This document shows, one piece after another, positions 1 to 12,748 of a stretch of 64,000 bases of DNA. The position numbers and the translations under genes are program-made. The notes under the pieces were generated by a model that saw nothing but the letters and a program-made list of their open reading frames with translations, had not been told where the DNA came from and did no database searches. The stretch is taken from the NCBI GenBank assembly GCA_964016885.1, contig OZ024743.1, positions 320,974,001-321,038,000 of the forward strand, given 5' to 3'. The DNA comes from Eledone cirrhosa (lineage: Eukaryota). Within the stretch, counting starts at the first letter, position 1. Each line of letters opens with the position of its first letter.

Positions 1-557
1 TATGTTATTACCATATTATTTTCTAATAATACATATTAGTAAAAATCAAAGTCTTGGTCACTGTTGTAGATGTAAGAGGAAATACTTTGATAATATATTG
101 TATTATTAAAAAAATAATAATAAAGTAAATACAAGAGTATATGTGTGTTTTCAATGACCCTGCCTACCTGTTTTTGTCTGAACACACTATAGCAGATCAA
201 ATTATTTTCTTAATATGTATAACACAAAAACTTTTTTAAAAAAAGACTGTAGTATATGAAGACTATTGTAATTCATTCCTTGTTGCAGGACAAACTTGAC
301 TGAACAAAATTAGTTATACTTGAATATCATACCAGATTGGGTTTTGCGACTTGTATGGCTAAATTTCACAGGCAATTGGAAATAGCTTTAACAAATCATC
401 AGAACTGTAGAACAAATACTTTAGAACAAATACTTTAGTTCTAAAAAAATGAAAAAAAATGAAGAGCCTGGGACACATTTGATCAGACATTATATAGGGC
501 TAAACAACACACGCCACAAGGAAAAGAGCTATAAAAAAAGAAAAGCTACATTTTTTT

Positions 558-1739
558 CTATTTGATATTTATCAAAATTGTTTCTTTCAACTTCACAACA
601 TGAAGTGGTTCTTTTACAGACGTATCTCGACTGCGCAATCCAATAATGCCGGTCTCCAGAGTGGCATCGTTAATAACTACCGTTAAAAGCACACCCAACT
701 CATCAAACATCATATATTGCTTGTCAAGAGAATTCATAGTATCTAAACAATGAAATACTAGCAGTTCCAAGTTTTCAATATCTTTTATAATACGTAACGC
801 CATCTTCTTGAGGTAGGAAACTTTGCTCCCTGATATACTGACACCAATTTTATAAGGCACAAATCTTCTGTGGAGTTTTAATATATTTCTAGATTTGGAG
901 TCCGAACGACTCTTATTTTTAGGATTAGTTTGAATGTTCTCCTGAAAGGAATCCAGAAGGAAAGCCAGGAATGTTCTCTCAAGAATAGCTGTAGATTCAA
1001 TAACACATGGTAAGGATACAGAACGTCTAATATTACTTCGAGCGGATATATCTGATATCAACACGTCGTTTAAATCTTGCAGAGGATAATCGCGCCAGTT
1101 TATGATTGTTTCTACAGTGTCCCAGCCCCATGTAAAATGGAATTGCACTTTGAACACCTGGAAAGTTTTGCCATTGATGTTTGATTGATGTGGCCCTGAC
1201 AAAGTAAAATTAGAAGGGAAACGTGCATACTGACGCCACCAATTCAGTCTACGTCTATGACACTCATTAAAAGTGGAGACGATAGACGACGGTGGACAGA
1301 ACTGTACAACAGTCATCTCTGTATTTTCGGGTGATTCCAAAGGAAACGGATTCTTGACCGACAAAGGCTGTGGACAACAAATGGATGTGAAAGCAATAGA
1401 AAACGGTACCTTTCTTTTTAACTGTCTAGCGACGACGAGATAATTTTCGGAAAAGCGATGTAGTGAAGTCGAATTCAAATATTCCGTCCCTACAGAAATA
1501 TCTGGTGAATCTTTCGTGGTAACGTATTTTGAATTTTCCATCCAGAAAGTCTCCTCGCTGTTGTAAAGGACGTATCTTCGCCATTCTTGTAAAATGTTAT
1601 GCCGCATTAACGCTCCGGGTGGTCCATAACTATAAGCATCCAAATTGCGTTCTCTGTTCAAGACATTACTCGGTTTTACGATGAAAGTCCGCCCAGTTAA
1701 TACTCTTAATAGTTTGTCTAACACATTCGGCTTCGCCAT
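558..1739 (-). CDS. POLG2: Mitochondrial DNA polymerase gamma accessory subunit (class II aaRS-like fold), single exon
   Basis: 393-aa intact ORF with POLG2/GlyRS-like motifs YGPPGALMRHNILQEW, WGWDTVETI, LPCVIE..LERTFLAFLLDS, LKLHRRFVPYKIGV and the C-terminal DELGV..VINDATLETGIIGLRSRDTSVKE anticodon-binding-like domain. Confidence 0.9.
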   Translation of the reverse strand: MAKPNVLDKLLRVLTGRTFIVKPSNVLNRERNLDAYSYGPPGALMRHNILQEWRRYVLYNSEETFWMENSKYVTTKDSPDISVGTEYLNSTSLHRFSENYLVVARQLKRKVPFSIAFTSICCPQPLSVKNPFPLESPENTEMTVVQFCPPSSIVSTFNECHRRRLNWWRQYARFPSNFTLSGPHQSNINGKTFQVFKVQFHFTWGWDTVETIINWRDYPLQDLNDVLISDISARSNIRRSVSLPCVIESTAILERTFLAFLLDSFQENIQTNPKNKSRSDSKSRNILKLHRRFVPYKIGVSISGSKVSYLKKMALRIIKDIENLELLVFHCLDTMNSLDKQYMMFDELGVLLTVVINDATLETGIIGLRSRDTSVKEPLHVVKLKETILINIK

Positions 1740-2204
1740 AGAGTAAACACATGGATTTTGTAGTTCTCTGTCTTCTTTGGTGAAGAGTTCTCAAATATAT
1801 TATGGAAATAATTTAATTATAATACTAGTTCAGATAAATCTATTTCTACTATTAAATCAATAACAAATAATTCACAAAGATTATATTAAAATGTTCTTTA
1901 TTTTGATAAAATATCAATATTAAACCATCAGAAATAGCTTGGAATATTTACAACTTCGAAACTCGTAAATTGTAGATTAATATTATTTACCTCCCTTGTT
2001 AGGAGAGTTATTTCCCTTAGTTTACCATATTTATTATAAGGGAAATAACTTTATATAATTGTATTTCCTACACTGACATGTTTACCCCATACATTAGCAA
2101 GCAAGGAGAAGATTATATTAGAATATAGCCGCGGCTACAACACAACACAAATAACTATCCGCGAATCATTATTTATAAAATTTCGATATCCAATTGAACT
2201 TAAA

Positions 2205-2405
2205 TCAGTGTTTAATAACAAACATGTTTTCTACCCTGTTGTGTTCGAGACGTTTGGTGCAGTCGGGCCGCTGACAGAAAAGTACTTGTCATCGCTGGCG
2301 GCCCATTTTACTGGGATGTCAGTTGATGCCCGTGAGGGTACCTTGTTGTTTCAGCGCCTTAGCCTCATCATCATCTGTGGCAATGCCGTGAGTGTGTTGG
2401 TTTGC
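2205..2405 (+). mobile_element. C-terminal restriction-like endonuclease fragment of a CRE-like non-LTR retrotransposon
   Basis: Peptide FYPVVFETFGAVG...D.RE..LLFQRLS.....GNA matches the typical CRE-clade C-terminus; the RT part is missing. Confidence 0.6.
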
Positions 2406-3246
2406 CCAATTGTCGTACTTGGTGAGAAATTACCTCCAATCCAAACACTTTTTTCTTATTTTTATATTTCTATCTCTCTGTTTGCGTTTATATTTGTATA
2501 TATTATATGTTTTTAATTTCGTTCTGTACGCATTTTACTATTATGTTGTTATTATAGCTATTTTGACCAATAAATTGTGCCATGAGGCGATCCCCCACAA
2601 AAAATAAAAAGATAATGGTTTCTGATTTAGGCACAAGGTTTTAGCAGTATTGTAGAATCAGTGGTCGTTACTTTAACAGGGTAGATGATTGATTGATGGT
2701 CGTTAGTTGCCAGTGTGGTAAGTGATAGTATCCTCGTTGGATTATCTTGTTGACATAGACGTGAGGGAAGGTCCCTCGATCTATTTACCATCTATTTACA
2801 ATATTCCTTTCGTCAGGTCGCCAATTCCAGCAGCATGGGTTATATATGTTATTGAGACACGAGTAACATAATAATGATTTCAACAGCAGTAATGAGAGAT
2901 GAAATGTATGTTTATTTTTGATGTAGTACAAACAATGTTTGTTAACTTATATGGTTGAAGTTACAGATAAAAAGAGGTTACAAAAGGGAATGTGCCATTG
3001 CGCCGTTAAGCCGGCGAGGCTAGGGTGCAAAATCTCACCGTTACATTATGCGTGTTGCTGGCTCGAAGTTTCTGGTACAAGAGAGAGATTCTTCAAATCT
3101 TCGCGGGGAATTTCTTCCTCGGGGTGCGTAGGGATACATCCTCTTCTACTGGCGCTGATTGGCTGAACTGAGCCAAATCACACACAGAGAATGTATGTGA
3201 GCCCGCGGAATGTAGGTCACTACAAGGTAAACAAATTTCGAGGAGG

Positions 3247-3597
3247 TTAAATCACTATATTAGTTCTACCTTCATTGTAGGAAAGAACTCTAAGTAATAA
3301 ATGTGTTATTGTACAATATATCTATATTTGCAAAAACTATATATAGCGTTAAACCGAAACGGTATTTATGATTAAGTTATTGTACACTATAGATATAGAA
3401 GCAAAAAAAACAAAAGCTGAGATATACGTGACTAATAATAAGATTATGTTATTATAGAATATACACATAATTGCCCAAAAATTAGGTATAGAGAGATATA
3501 CAAAGTATTAATGAGACAGCATACTTTTGGTGAATGATAACTATAATAGATTCAAACAAGCGAAAGTTAAATACATACATATATATAAAAAGGAGTG
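3247..3597 (-). mobile_element. Hydra-type Penelope-like element 3' UTR, left part (interrupted by the Gypsy insertion)
   Basis: Near-identical to 19797-20168; continues at 9489 after the Gypsy element. Confidence 0.8.
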
Positions 3598-4088
3598 TGT
3601 AGCGACGTGGTTAGTCAGTCTGGTCACTACTTCTGATCAGATCCGAGAATAGCCCTTAGAAGGATTGTTATCGCATACGGTCTGATCAGATCTGAAGATA
3701 GCCCTTAAAAGGACTGTCGTCGCATATAGCCCTTAAAAGAACTGTTGAGGATGGACAGACGAAAGCACAAGTTGAAAGGACGGAGCAAGGCGAGATGTAC
3801 ATTCGATCAGCTATCTATTTTCACATGAAGCGACGATACGGGGTACAAGGCGTGTGTGAGTGACAAAGCGTGGCAGAGTAAAGGAACAACGATGCGCTAG
3901 CTGACAAAAGTCGACTGCTGAAGTGTTTGAAACCACTCTATTTATACAGAAATAATCGTTTGATGTTTAGCCGCTGTGTAGGCGTTTATTCTGGGGTTTT
4001 AAGGGTTCTTTTGTTTCACGTTGAAGTAGCTTGATAACAGGTAGATGGTGCTGTATATTTCACAGATGTTATTTCCGGTGGCTATACA
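3598..4088 (-). repeat. 3' LTR of the Gypsy element
   Basis: TGTAGC...GCTATACA; direct repeat of 8991-9488, about 95% identical by eye; purine-rich GGCAGGGGG tract just inside it on the minus strand. Confidence 0.95.
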
Positions 4089-5021
4089 TTAGCCCCCTGC
4101 CAGATCTTTTGTACAACAAAAGAGCGAAATATCGTATAGTAATGGGCCAGTAGTGCATTTGTCATGACAATAGCCCCAGGAGTGTCCAGCACGTTGTGAA
4201 ATTTTGTGATCATCGAGTACAGGACAGAGTCGATGTAGAGATGATATAGCAAGATGTGTGTGTCAGGAAGAGAAAAAAGAAATAAACTATAAAATGACTT
4301 TGACCAGATTTATGCAGGCGTGATGAATGAGCCTGTTGCAATTTGGGTTGAGCTGCCTGTGAATTGCGTGACAAGAAGTCTAACTGGGCAGTGAAGATAA
4401 CCGTAATGTGTGAACTGAATGGCCGTAAGCAAGCTGCCTAAAAGTAACAATTTGCTCCACAGCATATGACTTGAGCGAATGCATGTGGTAAAAGAATAGC
4501 GAGGCATTCTCGAGCTATTGAGTGAATGTGTACGGGAAAAAAGAAGGCCAGTGTTTTGAGCATGCGATTTGTGAAATGCGTGATCAAAGAGAAAACATTT
4601 TGTAGTGTAAGAGTTAGAAGGACACAAATATCTATTGCTCAGAGTATGAATTAAAAGGTGAAACAAACGTGGTTTTGTAGTGTGCATGAAAAACAGAATA
4701 TGTACACGCCTTGTAGGTATATAAAAATTATGGCAATTACACAATCAATGTTACAGAACAACAAAAATAAAGATTTTTGCAAAACAAGAAAGAGAAGAAA
4801 AAAAAATGTTATACACAATGATATACACAATGTTTGTTCTTAAATAGTGTTTGTAATAAATAATGTTCATAATAAATAATGTTCTTCGTGACATGAGCAC
4901 ATGGTCACTAAAAATTGCAATTGTTCAAGCAGAAAGTTCATTGTATTTGAAACTGGAAATAGTAAACACAAGGCAAATGGGAATGTTTTGCAAGAAGAAT
5001 GATGAAGAAACTCACTTGAGG

Positions 5022-8000
5022 TTAACGGTAATTAACATATTGTGCCAACTTGGCGGGCCAATGGACGTGTCGTCCACTTCTCGTGACTGGAGATGAAACA
5101 AGTGGCTCGCTGGGACAACAATCTGTTGGAGTTTCTGGTGTAGAGACTGTAACAGTATCCATGAAGGCTTTTTTTAATCTGTCCACGCTGACAGAATTCT
5201 GTTTACCATCTAGATCGAGAATAAAATATTTCGGATATTTTTTTAGAACACGATAAGGGCCAAAATATGGAGGTCGAAGATGAGCTGAGATGGTGTCGTT
5301 TCGAACGAAAACGTGTTCCCAATCTTTAATGTCTGAAGGTACGTGTGTGGCCGTGTTCTGTTGACGAGTGCTTGCCGAAGATATATTGTCGAAGACGGTG
5401 TACATATGATCCTGGGCCTGGAACATCCTGAGGAGAGATGGGAGCAACCATCTGACCAGGTAGAACCAGAGTGGTGCCGTACACTAATTTTGCAGGTGTG
5501 TGTCTGAATTCCTCCTTAACGGTGGATCGAATGCCCAGAAGGATGAGTGGCAGGTATTCAAACCAGTGGGTCTTGTTTGGATATGCTTTTATTGCAGCTT
5601 TCAATTGGCGATGGAATCTTTCCACGAGACCATTAGCTTGCGGGTGATAAGCTGTCGTGCGGATGTGTTTACATCCTAACAGGCGAGTCAGTTCCCTGAA
5701 GAGGTGGGAGTCAAACTGGCGTCCTCTGTCCGTTGTTATCTTCGCTGGGGCGCCATAACGTGATACCCAGTGTAAAACCAAAGTTTTAGCGACTGTTTCC
5801 GCTGAGGTATCATTTATGGGAAAAGCCTCAGGCCAACGGTAAAATCGATCTATGCAGGTGAGCAAGTGTGTGTAGTTCTGTGATGGTGGTAGAGGTCCGA
5901 CGATGTCGATATGCACATGATGAAAACGTGCATCAGGTTGCGCGAATGTGCCGAGTGGAGTTTTGATGTGTCTGTGGACTTAGGCTTTCTGACAGGCAAT
6001 GCAGCTCCTGGACCAGTTACGCACGTCCTTGTTAATGTTAGTCCACACAAAACGAGCAGAGATGAGTTTCTGTATAGCCCGGATTACCGGGTGAGACAAA
6101 CAGTGTAAAGCAGAAAAAAACTTGTCGACGATGCATCTGTGGTACGTACGGTCGTTCATGACCGGTAGAAAAGTCGCACCAAATTTGTCCCGGAGAAGAA
6201 GGTTGGGAACTTGCTGAAACTTGAGGGATGGCGAATCTCGGAGCTTGATAAACTCTTCGTCAGTCTCTTGGTCAGCTGCGATCTGTTGAAGGTCGATGCC
6301 TGAATGCAGATGTATTGCGTTCAGCTGAATTCGGGACAGGGCGTCGGCTGCTACGTTGTCTGATCCCTTGATATGCCGAATATCAGTTGAATATTGGGAG
6401 ACAAAATCCAGGTGAATGTCGATCAGGTTTGGTACGGAACGCATAAACTAGTGGTTTATGGTTCGTGTAGATCACGAAATCTGATCCTTCGAGCATGTGC
6501 CGAAAATGCTTAACCGAAAGATAGGTTGCCAAGAGTTCGCGGCCAAAGGTACTGTATTTCGTTTCTGCCAGTTGCAACCGCTTAGAAAAGAAGGATAAGG
6601 GTTGCCACACGCCGTCAATATGTTGTTGTAGAACGCCTCCAACCCCCGTGTCTGATGCGTCCACTAGCAGCGAAAAAGGAGCGCCAGACCTGGGGAAAAC
6701 GAGCATGGACGCGTTTGCCAATATTTCCTTCAGGCAGTTAAAAGATGTTAATTCTTCCTCGTTTAGAGTGATCTCTTCGTTTTTGCGAGTCCGGTTACGA
6801 AGAAGGTCCGTGAGGAGTCTGGCTGCGTCGGAACAATGAGGGATGAACCGCCTATAAAAATTTACCAGACCGAGGAATTCACGCAGTTTCTGAAGTGATG
6901 TAGGTGCGGGAAAACTGCGGATAGCTTCTACTTTCTCGGGAAGTGGACGAATGCCGTCTTTATCGATGATGTGCCCGAGGAAGGACAGTGAAGGAATGCC
7001 GAGAAGGCACTTGCTGGGGTTGATGATGATACCGTACTCAGTCAAACGTTGGAAAAGGAGATCTAAGTGCTTCTCGTGTTCTTGCTTGGAAGTACTTGCT
7101 ACCAGCACGTCGTCAATATACGCGTATACGAAGGGTAGATCACGTAACACGATGTCAATAAACCGCTGAAAAGTTTGTGCAGCGTTGCGCAGACCGAACG
7201 GCATTCGCAGGAATTCAAATAAACCGAACGATGTTGTGATTGCGGTCTTCGGAATATCTGCAGGCTCCATAGGTATCTGGTTATATGCACGCACCAAATC
7301 TATCTTGGAAAAGATGCGTGCGCCTTGTAGGGAGGCAGAAAAGTCGTGCAAGTGAGGTACAGGGTAATTATCGGGCACTGTAGAATTGTTAAGTGCACGA
7401 TAATCCCCACATGGTCGCCAATCATTATCGGTTTTTTTAGGAGGTGCAGACCAGTTACTGGAGGAAGGGCGAATGATTCCGAGGTCCAGCATGTGTTGGA
7501 ACTCCTGTTTGGCGATTCTCAATCGGTCTGGAGGCAGTCTCCTTGGTCGGGCAGCTGTGGGTGGTCCTCTTGTCTCGATGTGGTGTGTGACACTATGCTT
7601 AATAGGACCATCCTTAAATACCGGGCGAGTGATGTCTGGGTATTTCTGGAGAATGCCGTTGTACCGCGAAGGCTCTGACTGGCAAATTACAGGGCTCACT
7701 GTGGATTGCGTGGTAAATATACCTCTCACAGTGAGGTTTGTGGTTGTGTCAATAAGCCTCCGGTTCTTCATATCCACCAGAAGGTTGAAGTGGTGGAGAA
7801 AATCGGCTCCTAGGATAGGGGTCGGCAGGTCTGCCACGACGAACACCCATTGAAAACGCCGCCTCAGGCCTAAATTGAGGGTCAGTGATTTTTCCCCGAA
7901 AGTCAGAATTGACGATCGGTTCACTGCCTGCAGAAAGGACGGTGTTGGGTGTCTTTTGCCCGAGATTAGTGAAACAGGAATAACACTAACCAGGGCTCCT

Positions 8001-8060
8001 GTATCCACGAGCTAACGGATGCCTGTCGATTGGTCGTTAATAAAAAATAGACGACTTTTC
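5022..8060 (-). pseudogene. Gypsy pol (protease, RT, RNase H, integrase), frameshifted
   Basis: LVDTGA protease (preceded by a stop), YIDD RT, DAS...RELLA RNase H, HHCC zinc finger, D-D35-E integrase (HIDIVGP, TDRGRQF, GLVER), GPY motif; split over 4 ORFs. Confidence 0.93.
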
Positions 8061-8067
8061 TTCGTCG

Positions 8068-8931
8068 TTAGGCCCTGGTCTGCCCGTTTCCCTGGGTGGT
8101 ATTCTGGAAAGAACACGGGGCCTTACACTTAGATGCCTGTGCGCCGAATTCTTTGTGATACCAGCAGAAGTTGCCAGACACACGATTTTGACTGGGACTT
8201 CTGGATCTTCGACGGTGAAAGGGCCTGGATCGACTGTTGCTGCGCCGCCGGTGTGTTTGAAAGGTCAGGTTCTCTAATTGGTTTGAGAGGGCTTTAATTT
8301 GACCAGCCTGCTCTCTGATCATATCCCGCAGCTCTGAAATCTCGGAGGTGGAGTCCGAGGATGCTACGTAAGAAATTCGTCCGACGATCTACATGTGCTA
8401 CTGAGGCAAAAGGGTTTGACACCTCAACGATCTTATCTGCGACACTCGCCAGTTCTTCCGGGGTTGCTGTCTCGTTAGTCGACGCCAGAATGCCCTGCAT
8501 CGATAAGGGCAAGCGCTATATAAACAGCCGTTTCAGCAGATCTTCTGAAAGCGGCTGGTCCTCCATCAGCTGTCTCATCTTTCGCAATAGTTGGGATGGT
8601 TTTCTGTCCCCTAATTCTTCTGCAGACACGAGTTGGTTGAGTCGTCTCTGCTGTGACGCGGTCGTCCGCTTGATCAATTCCTTGCAGAATGATTCATATG
8701 ACACCGTGCTCGGCGGTGCCATGACGAAGTCCCTCACCTCAGCCAAGAGTTCTGAGGGACAGACCCAATGATGTAGGTGAGATTTGCGGAATCGCTCTTA
8801 ATTCTGTTAGCGGCGAATTGCGCTTCTATGTGAGCGAACCACAGAGCGAACCAAAAAACGGGGAATTTCAATGTTAAAGCCGCTTGTGTGGCTGGTATCT
8901 TGGCCTCTGTCGTTGTTTGTGACATGTCCAT
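8068..8931 (-). pseudogene. Gypsy gag, frameshifted
   Basis: WFAHIEAQF, ELGDRKPSQLLRKM and CWYHKEFGAQASKCKAPC (CHCC box) spread over several short ORFs. Confidence 0.9.
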
Positions 8932-8957
8932 GTCGGTATCTTATTAGGTGCTATCTT

Positions 8958-8988
8958 GTTGCGCGTTCGAATCACGTCGGGGTCACCA
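8958..8988 (-). promoter_or_regulatory. Primer-binding site complementary to the tRNA-Trp 3' end
   Basis: Minus strand reads TGGTGACCCCGACGTGATTCGAACGCGCAAC, starting 2 nt from the 5' LTR. Confidence 0.9.
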
Positions 8989-8990
8989 AT

Positions 8991-9488
8991 TGTAGCGACG
9001 TGGTTAGTCAGTCTGGTCACTACTTCTGATCAGATCCGAGAATAGCCCTTAGAAGGACTGTTATCGCATACGGTCTGATCAGATCTGAAGATAGCCCTTA
9101 AAAGGACTGTTGTCGCATATAGCCCTTAAAAGAACTGTTGAGGATGGACAGACGAAAGCACAAGTTGAAAGGACGAAGCAAGGCGAGATGTACATTCGAT
9201 CAGCTATTTATTTTCACTTGAAGCGACAATACGAGGTACAAGGCGTGTGTGAGTGACAAAGCGTGACAGAGTAAAGGAACAACGATGCGCTAGCTGACTC
9301 TGCCAAAAGTCGACTTTAGAGTGTTTGGAACCACTCTATTTATACAGAAATATTCGTTTGATGCTTAGACGCTGTCTAGGCGTTTATTCTGGTAGGTTTT
9401 AAGGGTTCTTTTGTTTCACGTTGAGGTAGTTAGATAACAGGTAGATGGCGCTGTATATTTCACAGATGTTATTTCCGGTGGCTGTACA
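8991..9488 (-). repeat. 5' LTR of the Gypsy element
   Basis: TGTAGC...GCTGTACA, adjacent to the PBS. Confidence 0.95.
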
Positions 9489-10211
9489 AGTGTAAACGCA
9501 TGAATGATTCACAGTTCAAAATAAGGTTCGTAAAAATTTACAGGTTGGATATTTGAAGTATATTTAAAACATAGATAGAAAAATAAAAGTAGGTGTATTT
9601 AAAACATGCAAAAGTTGAATACATACATATATATAAGTAAAGGAGTGTAAACGCATGAATGATTCACAGTTTGAAATAAGTTCCATAAAAATTTACAGGT
9701 TGGATATTTTAACTATATTTAAAACATAGATAGAAAAATAAAGGTAGAGAAATAACGGTATGGATCAAAGTTAATAATATTATGTTATGTATATCAACGT
9801 GTCAGCATGTTATTAAACAAATGTCATTCAATCAAACGTTATTTCTTCTATAGATAGTTATAAGATAAAGCAATATTAAAGGCCATTAAGATTTTCAACT
9901 GTTGATTATGTAGGTCTAAAGACCAAGTTTAGTGTCCTAGTGTTTTTTCCTAGTCTTATGGGAAGCTTGAAATGTAGACAAAGCTTTATGAAGGCAATTA
10001 GAGAATAATTCACTTTTTTTGTTAATTAACGTCTCATAATTATTAATAATCAACAGGGTCTCCATTGTACAAAACGCGCAGTTACTTGATATACTTGAGT
10101 TGCGGTAAACTCCAGTATTCCGAAGTTTTGTCCAAAAAATTGAGTACTTTAAATTCTTCTCTTTTAACGACCTGTGATAAAGATGTGGATGATTTCCTCT
10201 TGGAGTTCGAA
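9489..10211 (-). mobile_element. Hydra-type PLE 3' UTR plus truncated GIY-YIG C-terminus (right part)
   Basis: Homologous to ~20165-20750; internal ~155-bp duplication (9491 vs 9646). Confidence 0.8.
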
Positions 10212-10225
10212 AATGAGCATTTTAA

Positions 10226-10307
<82 letters not shown>

Positions 10308-10324
10308 TATATATATATATATAT

Positions 10325-10430
10325 AGTGGTAGAACACTGTAAGGTAATATCCGTATTGGTAGAGCACTCAGTCCATGGGACAAGTTAGGTAGAGTTGGTT
10401 ACACAACAGTTAGTTCACCATACCGAGACC
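10325..10430 (-). mobile_element. Short PLE pseudo-LTR 3' end (family of 33144-33355 and 63380-63510)
   Basis: GTGGTAGAACACTG...CACAACAGTTAGTTCACCATACCGAG is shared by three loci, each abutting (TA)n or (GA)n. Confidence 0.75.
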
Positions 10431-12268
10431 GAGTATGAAAATAGACCGAGAAAAAATAGATCCCGACGCATTATATAGTAAAACCCACCATATAATATGG
10501 AGGTGGCCACACCATTTACTAAGATCTTTCTCTCCCTTATTATGACCCCCCCCCCCCCCAGCACATAAATATAGTAAAATGTTTAATAGAAATACCATTA
10601 AAATTTCTTACTCTACGACTCCTAACCTTAATTCCTAATTGTAGGAATCGGGTTGACTGCCCCTATCCGGGAAATGCCTCTCTAGTAACATTGTCTACAA
10701 ATGTAAGGTTGAAACACCCACGTCCCGTAGGGCCTATATAGGGTTAAACGCCAATAGATTCAAGCAGCGTCTTTACATGAATACCCATTCTTTTCTTAAC
10801 CCTTCAAGAAGGAATATGACGTCACTTTCAGCTTATATCTGGAGTCTAAAAGACAATCACACCCAATATAAGTTACACTGGGAGATCCTAGCTAGGGCTA
10901 GATCCTATAACGGAAATAAAAGACCATGTGACATCTGCGCCGCTGAAGCCCTGGAAATACTCTACGCCAAGGACCACATCTTAAACAAAAAATCTATGGC
11001 AATTTCGGCTTGTAAACATAAATTGCACAAAACTTTCCTGTATTACAGCCCCACATTAAACCCTAACGGATAGTACGAACTATACGCGGATATTTTACGT
11101 CTTGATGTGGTAGCTAAGTATATGTTATGTTTATACCATTACTTATATGTATAGGTAAGTATATATTACTTACTTATGTTTTGTGAAGGTACGTATCTTT
11201 CTCGTGCGTATATTTGCTTGTATATGTTATAGGCGTATATATTATATTATATATACTGGTACATGTGCATATGGTTATGTGTATACGTGAGTTTTGCGTC
11301 TTTGTGTGTATGCGGGTTCGTACATATGTAGGGTGTGTATATATGTGTACTTTGTGTTTTGGTTGACGTACGTGTGCGTACATATGTGTATTTACATGTA
11401 GGTATGTGTGTGCGCGCGATATATACGTATTTATGTGTGTATATTTATATACGTTTATATAGTATATTTTATACACGCACACACATACACACATATCTAT
11501 ATATATATATATATTTTTATATATATTTTTATGTGAATTTGGTGTATACGTTCGTATGTGTGCGGGTACAGGCGTTGCGTGGATTCTGTAAGTGCGTGCG
11601 TGTTTTTTTTGTGTACGTGTTTATATTTGCATACCCATGGCGGGTGTTTTCGCGTATGCATGTGTATGTACGTATATGGATGCGTGCATGAATATATTTA
11701 ATTTTTGTTGATTTCAATTACCTCTGTAATATATTTACATTTTTCTTAAATCATTCGGTTTCCTAAATAGAATTTTAGTCTACGACTTCAGTTATCACGT
11801 AAACGTGTTTTTGTCTTTGCGTGTAATTGTTCTCATCGATCCACATAATGATGTATTATCTTCGTTTTTTTCGTTCCTTGCCAGAGAACGTCTCCACGAA
11901 CCACCTAATAGAATATTAGTCTACGACTTCATTTATACCATAAACGTGGTTTTGTCTTTGCGTGTAATTGTTTTCACCGCTCCAAATAATGACGTATTAT
12001 CTCCTTTTTTTTCGTTCTTTGCCAGGAAACGTTTCCAAGAACCAAAGTATCGTCTTCCTGTCTTCCTTCGGTTGCAACGTTTTTTGAAATACTTCTGCGT
12101 TCACAGATTGATTTTTTTTAAGTTTCAGAATATCCCGTTAAGGGTGAAAGCAGCGATTATTTGCTTAAACTTTAATCTGTTATTTTAATAAATATTTGCT
12201 CTACGGTTCTTATATATTTGATATATATTTAACCTTATCGAGCCCTCTTTGGATTTTAGTCTTATTAT

Positions 12269-12272
<4 letters not shown>
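10431..12272 (+). mobile_element. 5'-truncated Hydra-type PLE: GIY-YIG fragment, 3' UTR and pseudo-LTR
   Basis: NCRNRVDCPLSGKCL, VYKC, YIG, SLSAYIWSLKD, CDIC, CKH motifs; ~140-bp direct repeat in 11755-12040; terminal segment shared with 26815-26990 and 38265-38385; ends in (TA)n. Confidence 0.8.
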
Positions 12273-12349
<77 letters not shown>

Positions 12350-12363
12350 TATATATATATGTA

Positions 12364-12417
<54 letters not shown>

Positions 12418-12703
12418 CATGCAAATATATATATATATATATGCATATACATGCATATATATATATACATATGCATGTATATATGCATATATATATATGC
12501 ATATATGTCTATATATATATGCATATACATATATATATATATATATGCATATATATATGTGTGTATATTTATATATATATATATATATATATGCATATAT
12601 ATATATACATATATATATGTGTGTATATTTATATATATATGTATATATATATGCATATATATATATACATATATATATATGCAAATATATATATATATAT
12701 ATG

Positions 12704-12741
<38 letters not shown>

Positions 12742-12748
<7 letters not shown>

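Larger units (their letters stand above)
3598..9488 (-). mobile_element. Full-length, disabled Ty3/Gypsy LTR retrotransposon, CsRn1-clade-like
   Basis: Two ~490-bp TG...CA LTRs; 4-bp TSD AGTG (3594-3597 and 9489-9492); empty site AGTGTAAACGCATG seen at ~9644 and ~20165; gag-PR-RT-RH-IN order; tRNA-Trp PBS; gag CHCC motif. Confidence 0.95.

Noticed and set aside
2810-3224. Possible second LTR remnant (TGGCGACC PBS-like word on the minus strand, CACTACA end)
   Set aside because: No TG at the other end, no partner LTR, no TSD and no coding remnant
4089-5021. env-like ORF3 in the Gypsy element
   Set aside because: Only short ORFs with no signal peptide, TM segment or recognisable motif
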